A DNA stretch of 64,000 nt, from the NCBI RefSeq assembly GCF_001194135.2, contig NC_068998.1:12185950-12249949 (forward strand), written 5' to 3'. The translations under genes were made by a program, and so were the position numbers. Under the pieces are notes generated by a model. It saw nothing but the letters and a program-made list of their open reading frames with translations. It ran no database searches and was not told the DNA's origin. The stretch comes from Octopus bimaculoides (lineage: Eukaryota). Shown here in pieces: positions 28,172-38,581 of the stretch. How positions within the stretch are numbered: the first letter of the stretch is position 1; each line of letters starts with the position of its first letter.

Positions 28172-28704
28172 AAACTTCTTTCAGTTTCTGTCCAACAAAT
28201 CCACTCATAAAGCTTTGGTCAGCTTGGGATTATAGCAGAAGACACTAGCTCTGGGGGCCATGCAGTGGGATTGAAACAAAAACCACATGGCTGGGAAGCA
28301 AACTTCTCACTACACAGAAATGCCTGCACCCATGTGTTATCTAAAATGGGTTGTGAACTATTAGGGCAGGTATATTACCTCTGCTATATGGTCCACATCA
28401 CAAGTGGCTGGAAATAGATTTTAATTTCTGTAATAGAATCAATACTAGACTAGAAGATTCAGAAATGCTGAAACATACTCACATGCCAACTCTACCACAA
28501 CACATCATGCAGCTGAGAAAGAGAACAACCAAAAGCAATACAGCAGCTGGTATGATGACAAACGTCACAAAATCAGGAAATATGTCATGGCAGCGTTCAC
28601 TGAGACATTTGGGAGGATCAAAATCATCGACGATAGGAAGCACATTATCCAAGAGGATCATTGTTTCACATCAGAGTCACGTCCAATTAAAAGAAAAAGG
28701 GAAT
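24871..28704 (-). CDS. SGCE: Alpha/epsilon-sarcoglycan-like locus, 3' part; open frame join(28661-28483, 27367-27341, 26061-25876, tentative 24874-24871); upstream frame disrupted
   Basis: The joined exons read MILLDNVLPIVDDFDPPKCLSERCHDIFPDFVTFVIIPAAVLLLVVLFLSCMMCCGRVGI-EKRICQTPE-SELTQYTSIRQASLSLRQLSNNRDTP... This matches remembered human SGCE [80 protein letters not shown], with both introns in phase 2. Two in-frame TGA codons lie 5' of Met 28661, so it may be a pseudogene or a truncated gene. Confidence 0.8.
25876..26061 (-). CDS. SGCE: Sarcoglycan cytoplasmic-domain exon
   Basis: ttgcag|A TCT GAG CTA ACT CAG TAC..CAG AG|gtaatt, 186 nt, open. ELTQYTSIRQASLSLRQLSNNR matches the conserved sarcoglycan cytoplasmic motif. 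Confidence 0.85.
26540..26960 (+). mobile_element. Degenerate RTE LINE RT C-terminal fragment in a sarcoglycan intron
   Basis: Remnants IFNSVFVPILTYSQECWVTT and RHFIRMSQERTARQIL..SKIPRGGPRMRWLDNI, resembling the RTE WFGHV.RM..R.RGRPR.RW.D motif. Confidence 0.7.
27341..27367 (-). CDS. SGCE: Sarcoglycan 27-nt microexon (I)EKRICQTP(E)
   Basis: tttcttctttccag|AGAGAAAAGAATTTGTCAGACACCAGA|gtaagt, phase 2/2. Confidence 0.85.
28483..28704 (-). CDS. SGCE: Sarcoglycan transmembrane exon (5' 43 nt contain two in-frame TGA)
   Basis: Acceptor ctcttcag| at 28705 and donor AT|gtgagt at 28482. Hydrophobic TM helix followed by CMMCCGR. Confidence 0.8.
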
Positions 28705-30269
28705 CTGAAGAGAAAGAAAGAGAAAAACAGCATAAATTGTCAGAGTGCTTTGATTTTTAATACTCATTTTATACGATCTATCTTTTATTTTTTACTGGGA
28801 CACCATCTTGATGGCTTTATTTGAACAAATCAACCCAGGTACTTACTTTTTTAAAGCCTGAGACTTATTGTATCAGTCACCTTTGTTGAGATTGGATACG
28901 TTAGACCAATGAAGCATGGCAAAATAGATTTTGTTTCCTGGAGCCTAATGGCATCTATAAATAAGAGAACCTTTGCTGTTTTCATCAGTGAGGTGGGAAT
29001 CTTCAGAGAAAGAGAGGAGAGTGGTTTAACAAGTAGCTTTGATGCACTACTTGTGTTCCTATTTGCCGCGCTCGTATAAACAGAAAGAATGAGAAACTGC
29101 AAGAAGTCATGTAATATATTTCTGTCAAGCACACATCAAATTTCTACTGATCTGAGAATCAAATATGTATACTTTCTTCAGAAAGTTATCATCATGATTT
29201 AACCAACCAGTTGCTGTACAAATTCACTGACTGGCTGAATAAAGCTTAACAGTTAATTACAACTTTTCTTGTATTTCTTTCCACTGTTCTAAACACAACT
29301 AATTGGAATCAATAACTTGTAATTATACCAGGGCCAGAGACATGCTAACCAGCTCATTAAAAACTCTATATTAGCCCTGAACATGCAAGCCTATGATTAA
29401 AAGTACCCCAGCTTCAACTCTCATGCTTTTTGTAGGTTTAGAACATTATCCAAAATCATCATCATTTAACATCCATTTTCCATACTGGCATGGATTGGAT
29501 GGGTTGACAGGAGATGGTAAGTTAGAGAGTTGCCCCAGACTCCAATTGTCCGTTTTTGCATAGTTTCTATAGCTGGATGCCCTTCCTAATGCCAACCACT
29601 TTACAGAATGAACTGGATGTTTTTTATGTGACACCAGCATGTATCTTTCCTATTCTAAAACTGTGTGATATGAGGGAGATATGGATGCTATACCTCATAG
29701 TTCTTTCATTATATTTATACATTTTATTCCTATCTTATTCGTCTTCCTTCATATAGCTCAACTACGCCTCAATCATATCTGTGAAGCTAAAACTCTGACC
29801 TAACCACAACTTTGAAAAATATTCCCGTCTGTTTCTGTCAAACATAAATGATTACATATCTCTTTATCATATATTAGGTTACCTCTCAATGGCTCAGTTC
29901 ACGTGGTCATATGAAAGTACTATGGGAGTTCTGATAAAGCTTTAAAAATAATTACCAACAATAGGTATGGAGGTACATTAACTGCCAACTTGCCCCTGTT
30001 CCCGGGTAGAAATTAAAATGAGAGGAGATAACTCTTTCAGTTGATAACAACACAATTGGAACCCCCAGATGGTGGCCAACCCAACTGATATCACATGGTG
30101 AGCCAATAAAAAATCTTCTATATGCCCACTCGACCCATTAGTATTACCAATCAAACCTCTGAAATTTTCAAAGAAAAGACAAAGGCATGTTTATTAAGCA
30201 CATCTATGTAAATTGATTCTCAATTTCTTGAAATTATCTCCCCTCCCTTTGAGTTTTTTTTTTTTCTAC

Positions 30270-30475
30270 TCTAGGCACAAGGCCCGAAAATTTTGGGGAG
30301 GCGCCAGTCCATTAGATAGATACCAGTACGCAACTGATACTTAATTTATCGACCCCGAAAGAATGAAAGGCAAAGTCGGCCTCGGCGGAATTTGAACTCA
30401 GAACGTGAAGACAAGACGAAATACCGCTAAGCATTTCACCCGGCGTTCTAACGTTTCTGCCGGCTGGCTGCTTTC
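30270..30475 (-). mobile_element. tRNA-derived SINE (third family), well preserved
   Basis: Reverse complement of the 17590 and 54285 family, CpGs largely retained. Confidence 0.85.
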
Positions 30476-33400
30476 CTTTCTTTGAGTATTACAAACACTT
30501 GCTACTATGTTGTTCTTTTCTTTCTCTAATTAAAGAAATTTCCTTAAATTGAAAATATTTTGCACATATCTTTCAGTAACCAACCTGCCCTTATATATCT
30601 TATACACACTGTTGTTTTTAAACGGAATGAGCCATATAAGAGTATAGTCCAAGATACTGTTTGAAAACTATGCTTTTATTATACAGACTTGAGCTAATGT
30701 TAAAAATATCATTTCTCGATTAAACCTCCTTAATTGCTTCCGGCATGCTTGTTGCTTAGTGGAGTGCACTGGATGGCACTGTCCAATTCACTTATTTAAT
30801 GCTGCACCCAGATTTATAAATTACAGTTTACAAAAATCTACCCTCTATACAAATTAGTGCCCACCCAGAATTATTCTGAAACACCCCCAGGCACCAAAGT
30901 CTGGTGACAGGCCTGGCTTCAGGTGATACAAATTAAATCTTCTGGTTATATCAATCCGATCAATACACAGGTGTCAGCTGAGAAAGGATTATGGCCGTCA
31001 AGTGATATCTACACTCAGACTGTTCTCACCCAGTTGAAACATGATATATGATAGCACGATTGTAGACAAGCATTCCAGAACTTATTGGGTTGCCAGGACA
31101 TTACTGAAGTTTGTCTTTGTGCAGTGTTTTTAGTTTATTGAAGGAAGAATTTAACTCATCTCTACAGTTTAAAAGAAATATTCGCCAGTTTTAGCGCGCT
31201 GTTACCAATAACTGTTTATAAACAATTATCATAAACAAAATACGTGATAGAAATAATTAACAACCAAATATATGTCAACTATAATTATGTATCCAAATAG
31301 ATTAGAAACAGTTGGTCAACAATTATTAGTATTTTTTAGTTTTCATCATTCTGTTTGTAATAAGTATTTAAAATTGTGCTTCTTTGCCATCCCCCACCTT
31401 CTGTCCTCTAATGGCTGACTTATTTTACACCTGTTGTATTCTTGTACTTTGAATTAATCTGTTTCGAAAGCAGCCCCTGTATTTCTACGACTTCCAATTT
31501 GTAGATAGATATTGCAGAGTGAAATTATGTATTGTAGACCAGAGACGTGGACATAACATGGAAAAAGAAAAATTATTTGTGTTAAAAGTACACCCGTCGT
31601 TTCTGAATGGAAATTGTTTAGTTCCAGGTGAGATCTGATCACGCAGATCCATGATCAAACGCATTTCACCTTGTATTTAAGATACTTTATTTTTTTACGA
31701 TAGATTAGGGTGAGATTTGAGAAAACTTTGACCCTTATTTCGAATAGATCGAACAACTACGCAGGAAGCCTTTCGTTAGTTTTTTTCCAAATAAAAGCTT
31801 GTGTACAGGTATATTGTATTTACCCATAGTTTCGTTTAAAGCGAAGGACGTGCAATGAAACTAGAATAGCTCTGAACGTGTATTATGCATTATTAAACCA
31901 GCTTTCACTCACACAGTGGAAAAAGAAAAGAAAAAACAGTCACAGTTGTCATAATTCAAAAAAGGGGTTAAAGGTAACAAGTGTCAAAAATTGAAATGGG
32001 TGAGTTTTGAGTTTTCCTAAAGAGGCAACAATCAAATCATTCTTCAGATAGATCAATTTTTTAATAGATCAATTTAAATTCGCAAATACCAACATCTTGT
32101 TGATTAAAAATAAGGATCTAACAATTTAAAAACTTTTCTGATAGCTGTCTGTCAATAACCACCACCACCCTGTCCTCCTCCATCACCACACATCCACCCA
32201 CCGTCGCAACAAGTTTCATCAATTATACAATAACAACATTAATTACCAACCAATTTCTAGTTTTAGTAACATATATTTTATTGAAACCGGAATCCATTCA
32301 TTAAATAGAGAAAAAACGATGGAATATTTTTTTTACCGAAGTCTTATAGAATAAAAGGAATTCATTCCTTCTTACCAAAATATGATTCTGTAAACAAAGA
32401 AATAAAAAAGAATAGCTAAAGTAGACCATTATATATAATATTTATCACACTTGAATTTAAGTGAATACAATAAGATGAGAACGATATTAATTGTTCGAAA
32501 TATAAATAGTTTAAGAAGCAATGAAATTAATTGTGGGTTAAAGAAGACGTAAGAATATAAATTAGATATGAAATGTCAAATAAAATTTTAAAAACCTATG
32601 ATGACATTCAAAGTTTACATTTATCGATCAGTAAAGGCTTTGATAGTAAACATTCAACTTACTTTTTGAGCATGTATCTAACAGGGAAATGTGAAGAATT
32701 ATAATTCTGAAGAAGTTATTCTTAGTAGAGGTAAAGTAAAAGTTTTAGCAACAGGGAACGTCAGCCATTACGTGTTAAGGAATGGTACCGCTTCTCTTCT
32801 CCTTGCCTAGCTGCTGCTATTTTAGTAGAAGTACCTATTTTCGCAGAAAGGAAATCAACCACATGAAGATACATCGTTCTTCACACATCAAATAATAATA
32901 ACTCCTGTCAAATAACGAAACTTATCTAGCAGTGGTAGTTAGTTTAAAATGATATTAACGTCAAAAAATATAGAAACAAATAAATAAATATTGCTGAGTG
33001 ATAGATCTTCGTTCAGCCATGTCTTTTTATTGTTGTTAAACAATCTTTCAAAAGACACCAAAGTAGTTAGGAAATCTGTTAAGTCAGAAACTCTTAAATT
33101 TTAAAACTAATACATTTCAATAATCAAAGAATTTTATTTCTTGCATTAGCAATAGGTTTAGTTTGAATCTTAGAATCCTTAATAAAACCTCTTCAAAAGT
33201 TATTCAACTCACAAAGCCATCTCGTACGTGTTTGTGTAATCTACTAAGCTTTAGAACGGTCTAGGAGTTTCTAAACGGCACTTTTATTTTTGTAATGCGG
33301 CCCACCTAATGATGAACCACGTCTCATGCGGCCCGCTTCCCGAAAAGGTTACCTATGCTTACTCTAGAATTAGGGTAGCATTTTATAATATATGTCTTCG

Positions 33401-36400
33401 TTAGTTGAAGTTTGTATTGAATAACGAAATTATATGTATAATCACTTTTCTTTATAAAAATATTAAAGCCATTTATTTGGAGGCATAATGCAGGATCAAG
33501 TATACGGCAAAAACAGAACATTGAGGACATCTTAGATATTTCCAGAAACTTGCTGTAGGAGACTTCTGGCGTGTGAAACCTAACTTTTCCTAAATGACGT
33601 TCTTTAATATTATTTCATTAGTATATGGTCCAAGACATTAGATACAAGCATAAGAACGTTTTGACTTGCAAGATTGAAGTTAATCGTAAGTCAGTCTTTG
33701 CTTGTGTGTTTTAAATGAAACATTATTTGTATGTCTGTTTGATAACTTTAATGAACCGCGACCAAGAGGTCAATAGATGCCTTAAAATATACGTGTTATT
33801 ACAAAGGCAAAGCGAAATGAAAACAACTTTATAAATATGTATATACACTTCTTGTCAGAAGCGTGGGGGCAGCCCTACCCCGCTGTGTGTGTGAGAAAGA
33901 GAGGAAGATAATTAAGAGAGCAGATAATTTGCTGTTTAATGAAATAAAGATGTTTTAAACTTTAGAAACTTGTCCAAACACAATGATAAAGAAAGAAAAA
34001 TTATGTGGATGCAAAGAGTCTGTCTTGTCTTCTCATTAATAAAGAAGTTGGTGGGGAGGGGCAAGAAAATTCATTAAAATTTTGTGGGTTGGGGACTGAT
34101 ATCTGTCAGTGTAAGAACCATTGAATTAACTTATTTTTCTTACAATTTTTATGTAGTGTTTTCTGTGCTGACATCCTGTTTTCAGAAGAAAATTAAATTC
34201 TTATGATGATATTCTGTTTCGGCTATTGAAAATGTAGGTCAAGACTTTCACATCAACTCACAAAATCAACATCTGTCGCGCCAATGAGAAAAGCCTCAAT
34301 GCAGTCGCTTAATTCTTTAGAAATAGCAACTAAATCTCCATCAAACTATACCTTATCAGCTTAAAATAGAACAAACAATGGAGGAAAAAGACAAAATGAC
34401 CACGGCTGGAATGCTTTTCATAAGTTGGCTTGAACAACGTCGACCTGGGTAAACGTTAACGACTGCAACAATATTGCATTGTAAGATAATTTCGTTCGTT
34501 CTCCTCACCGCCTCGATACTTTAAAATCCTTCCCAATACTATTTGAATAGACGCGAAAAATATTTTTATCGTAGTGTTTTATAGGCATTCCTTTTTATTT
34601 TTAAGCTCGATTTTTTCCTCTATAATTTCTATAGTTTTTGAAATCTGAATAAATCTTACCTCTCTCTTTCTCCTCGAGGTAACCATGTATCTACTTTATT
34701 GCAAAGCGCCTATTTCTGCCCATCTGCTGACCTCTCATGTGGCACAAAGTCACCTTCCTCAACACCCCACCACCATCTCATTTGAGGAGGTCTTCTCTTG
34801 TAAATTATTTGGTGACCTCACTGCTACTGGTGCCACATAAAAAGCAGCCAGCGCACACTGTAAAATGGTTGGCGTTAGGAAGGGCATCAAGCCGTAGAAA
34901 GCATGCCAAAGCAGACAATGGAGCTCGGCGCTGTCTTCTGACTTGCCAGCCCCTGTCAAACCGTCCAACCCATGCCAGCATGGAAAACAGACATTAGATA
35001 ATGATGATGATAATTTACCTCTTCAGATGCATGACGATTGAGTGCCAAATATTTATTAAAAAAAATGAATTTAATATTAATACGTTTAAGAATTTTGTCT
35101 ATTAATTTTGATTAATTTTGCGATTGTAAAAGCACAACTTTAGAATAAACAGCAGTGGTTCAGAAACTTGGATTAAAAATATGGTTACATACGAAATGTG
35201 TTATTTATCAAGGATAACCTTCAACAGTTTTGAAGTATAAAGTTCTACAGACTTATTTGGTAGACGGTTATTTTCTCTAAACATTTGAATCGGTTTCCTG
35301 TTTTCTGGAAGGGTTTGTTGAAAAAGAAATCGGCCATATGATTTAGATTTAATTTTACACCCGCTGCCAACTAAATATGTTACAAGGAGATATTGTAAGC
35401 CGACCTTCTTATTTACGTATGGTGTAAATGTAGACGTGTTGCCTAGTTATTCAGTAATAAGGAGCCGAGGTAGGGCTAGACAAGGCCCTAAGCACTCAAA
35501 AAATGTTGATGCCACCATATATAAGTAATTCAAAATATATTAAAAATAATAAACCATGAAATAAACTTTGATTTTTCAACATGAAACAAAACTAACAGTA
35601 AGATGGGAAATAATGTTTATATTTGTATACTTCCATTTGTTTATATATGAAAAGTGTTCTACTTTTATTAGAGTAAAGTTTTTGAACAGATCCTATGAAC
35701 ACTTCGAAATTATATTTCTGACTATATAAACCACTTCGAATTTTACTTTAGCAAGTTTAAAGTAATTTATTTTGTGCCGTAAACCATTTACCATTTCTGT
35801 GATGCCCTAAACCTGTGGTTATTTTGCTTTGTGGTTAATATAGCGCCAAGATAGTCCCAAAGAAACGTTGTTTAGGATCACTGAGAGTTTTCAGTGTTCA
35901 GCATCAGTAAAAAGAAAAAAAACAAAAAATCGTTTGATAGAATACCTTGTAGCGTCATTTCTGGCTCTCTGCGTTCAGAGTTCAAATTACATCGGGGGAA
36001 CATCGTCTTTCATTTCTTCGAATTGATAAACAAAGTATCAGTTTAGCACTGGGGTAGCGGTTAGGGTTGTAGCGTGGGTTGCGACAAGACTTGGTGGAAG
36101 TTTATATATACTTTTATTGCTACAATTTGTACAAAGCTTCAAGAAATACAGACAGCATTAGTGGTGATCGATTGCGATGATCAAAATACCCACCATCTTT
36201 GCTTCGATCATCTTGGTCCCACGGTAACGACGTTTCGATGGATAAATTAGATATTGTTTAAGCTGTGTGTTGTTCCCATATAAAATCAAGTTGAACATAA
36301 TTTATTTTGCTGTATTAGTATGCTTTTTCTCGCTAAAAACCACTGTATTTAAGGCTTCCGTTGATAGAAAGTTCTAGTGAGTACCATGTGAACAAAAAAG

Positions 36401-37429
36401 TTCTGATTGACTGAAATGGGGTCTGCACGCATAATTAACTCGCGATTTACATGGGGTCGAAATTAATAGCCATGAAATAGAACGTATAAAAGACTGCTGT
36501 GGACAAAGTTATGGCAACGTTACCAACAGTGTTAAGTATAGTGGTTCATAAGCACGTATTACAGAATTAAATTACTTTGCAAATTAGATGCCCTTTCTTT
36601 TTTTGCGCATTCGTAATTTGTTTTTGAAAATGCGCTGCTGAATGCTGTCATAAAGCGTTAATTTTCTTTGAATTATATATATTATTTTTGCTTTTACCTA
36701 TCGGTGGCATTTTCTTTCAGCTACATTGTTTAAAGGTGGCGCTCATATGTCCATGTGAAAAGTATGTCATTTCATGCAACGGAAGCACTTTTGCACAGCT
36801 TTTCTGCAACAAAACAAGTCTTGGATGACATTTCATAAAACACTCACGAGAAAAGAAAATGTCAGTACAAACTAGAGAACTATTTTCAACCATGATAAAG
36901 TTGAAAAAAAGGAATAAACGTAATTGTGTGAAATTAAGTATTACGGTGTTTTCAGAGGACTAGTTCCTCATTGTAATATTTTGGTGAAGATTTGAGCATA
37001 GCTTACACACTCTATAAATGGATATATTCAAGCTATGCGGTCTACTTTCTCAGGTATTGAGTAAAAAAGCTAAGGGCCGAGCTGAATGAGAAGATCACGA
37101 ACAACTAACTCGAAGAGAATACAGCCGAAATTACAAGTTTCTGTGATTTCGTCACTTCTACCTCATTTATTGAAGTCAGGATACCTTTCTCGGAAGTTTA
37201 AAAACAGAGCATTTCTTGCTATATTGATAGCTTGGTTATCAAACCATAAATATTATATTTGGCTTCCTTCATTCTTAGCAATTTAATTATGGAGAGATCA
37301 TCAAAACTTGCCGGATCATATCGAAATGGTGTGGAAGAATCTGTGCAGTCGATAGCATTGTCTAAAACTAATACTGCTTCTCATATTGTCATCTAGTAAA
37401 ACTTCGTAGAATTACAGTTTTACCATTTG

Positions 37430-37740
37430 ATGTGTAGTGGCGCGTGTGACCGCCATCTTGGGAAGTGCCATTGTGCATGTGCAAGGGATTTGCCGTCAGC
37501 GGAAGTACCCGAGTACGCATACGCAATGCAACAGGTGGAGAAAAAGCAATAGTGTTCGCGCTCTTTTCTCTCTAGCAGCGGTGGCGACAACACGTATCTC
37601 TTTTCCATCCAGCAGCGGTGGTGACAACACGTCTGTCCCAACTCGACCCCGACATGTGGTCGAAGCTTCCTTTGGTATTCTAGCGGCATGCCTATTCACC
37701 CAGGAACGAAACGGCTCTATACCAACCTAGAATAAACTAT
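37430..37740. promoter_or_regulatory. CpG-rich housekeeping-type promoter candidate
   Basis: Local GC/CpG enrichment with YY1-type CCGCCATCTTG (37450-37460), ETS-type CGGAAGT (~37500) and NRF1-like CGCATACGCA in an otherwise AT-rich region. Motif matches only. Confidence 0.55.
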
Positions 37741-37871
37741 TGATCTGTTGCTACCGTTATACCTCGTGTTGTTGTATTTCTGGATTTAATGATTAATATA
37801 AGAACTGGGGAGAGATGGCCAAGCCATCATATCTCATCCAATTCTTATAGATGACTGACAATTCTTTAGAG

Positions 37872-38016
37872 CAGGCATGGTTACTTTTTTTCGAGAAGCT
37901 GGCTGCATGTGACATGACTCATCATCAGGCAGGTCGCACTGCCAACAAAATTCAAGGTAATTTTTTGTTGGCATGCTATTCAGAAAGTTCCGTGGGTCAC
38001 AATTTGCCTATGACTG
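37872..38016. mobile_element. hAT-type MITE with 8-bp TSD CTTTAGAG
   Basis: CAGGCATGG..CCTATGACTG imperfect TIRs; TSD at 37864-37871 and 38017-38024. Related ends at ~16750-16855 and ~33295-33360. Confidence 0.75.
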
Positions 38017-38024
38017 CTTTAGAG

Positions 38025-38207
38025 TAGTGCTCTACGACCGTTTTTCAATTGCAGTACACTTATGTTCTTTTCAAAATTCAGCAGCACACCTGAACTAAAA
38101 ACATAATTAAACATGGGAACAAAATTATATTCAGGTTACACTACAGCACACCTAGCATCGTCTCGTGGCACACCAGTGTGCCGCGGCATACCGTTTGCGA
38201 AGCACTG
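38025..38207. mobile_element. Second, different hAT-type MITE sharing the same TSD
   Basis: TAGTGCTCTACGACCG..CCGTTTGCGAAGCACTG, followed by CTTTAGAG at 38208-38215. Confidence 0.7.
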
Positions 38208-38477
38208 CTTTAGAGTTTCGTTTTCTAAATGTAGAAATGCCTTGAGCTTTCATATGTCACTCACAACTACCAGCTGTAATAGAGAAAAGCTCATTTTCAA
38301 AACTGGTAAGGATTAAGCATAAACTAAGGAACATAATGAATAAAAACAGATTGAACAATTCCACTGTTTTGAGCATTGAAATGGATCCTGAGTAAAATAA
38401 ATATTTCCAGTGTCACTCACGGATAAAACTAAAAAAAAAAAAATGTGAAAATTGTAGTTTAAAATTAAAGAAAAAAA

Positions 38478-38581
38478 TACATTATTTACATTTGACGGAT
38501 ATTTGTCCTCATCTTGTTTGTTGTTAACACAAACGTATTAACAAACAAGAAGACAAATATCCGTCAAATGTAAATAATGTA
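38478..38581. repeat. ~100-nt foldback hairpin
   Basis: TACATTATTTACATTTGACGGATATTTGTC pairs perfectly with GACAAATATCCGTCAAATGTAAATAATGTA. The stem continues imperfectly through TCTTGTTTGTT/AACAAACAAGA. Confidence 0.9.

Noticed and set aside
28671-28679. Two in-frame TGA codons read as selenocysteine or as A-to-I stop recoding
   Set aside because: No SECIS was identified, sarcoglycans are not selenoproteins, and the frame-shifted VTL remnant explains the stops better as indel damage.
30720-31140. Possible decayed sarcoglycan ectodomain exons (VLE..VYNRA; DRPG-like words)
   Set aside because: Only short words on mixed strands and frames with several stops; cannot be distinguished from chance or an old retroelement without a profile search.
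36721-36860. Plus-strand exon-like segment
   Set aside because: All three frames contain stops over the full segment and nothing links it to a gene; possibly lncRNA but unsupported.
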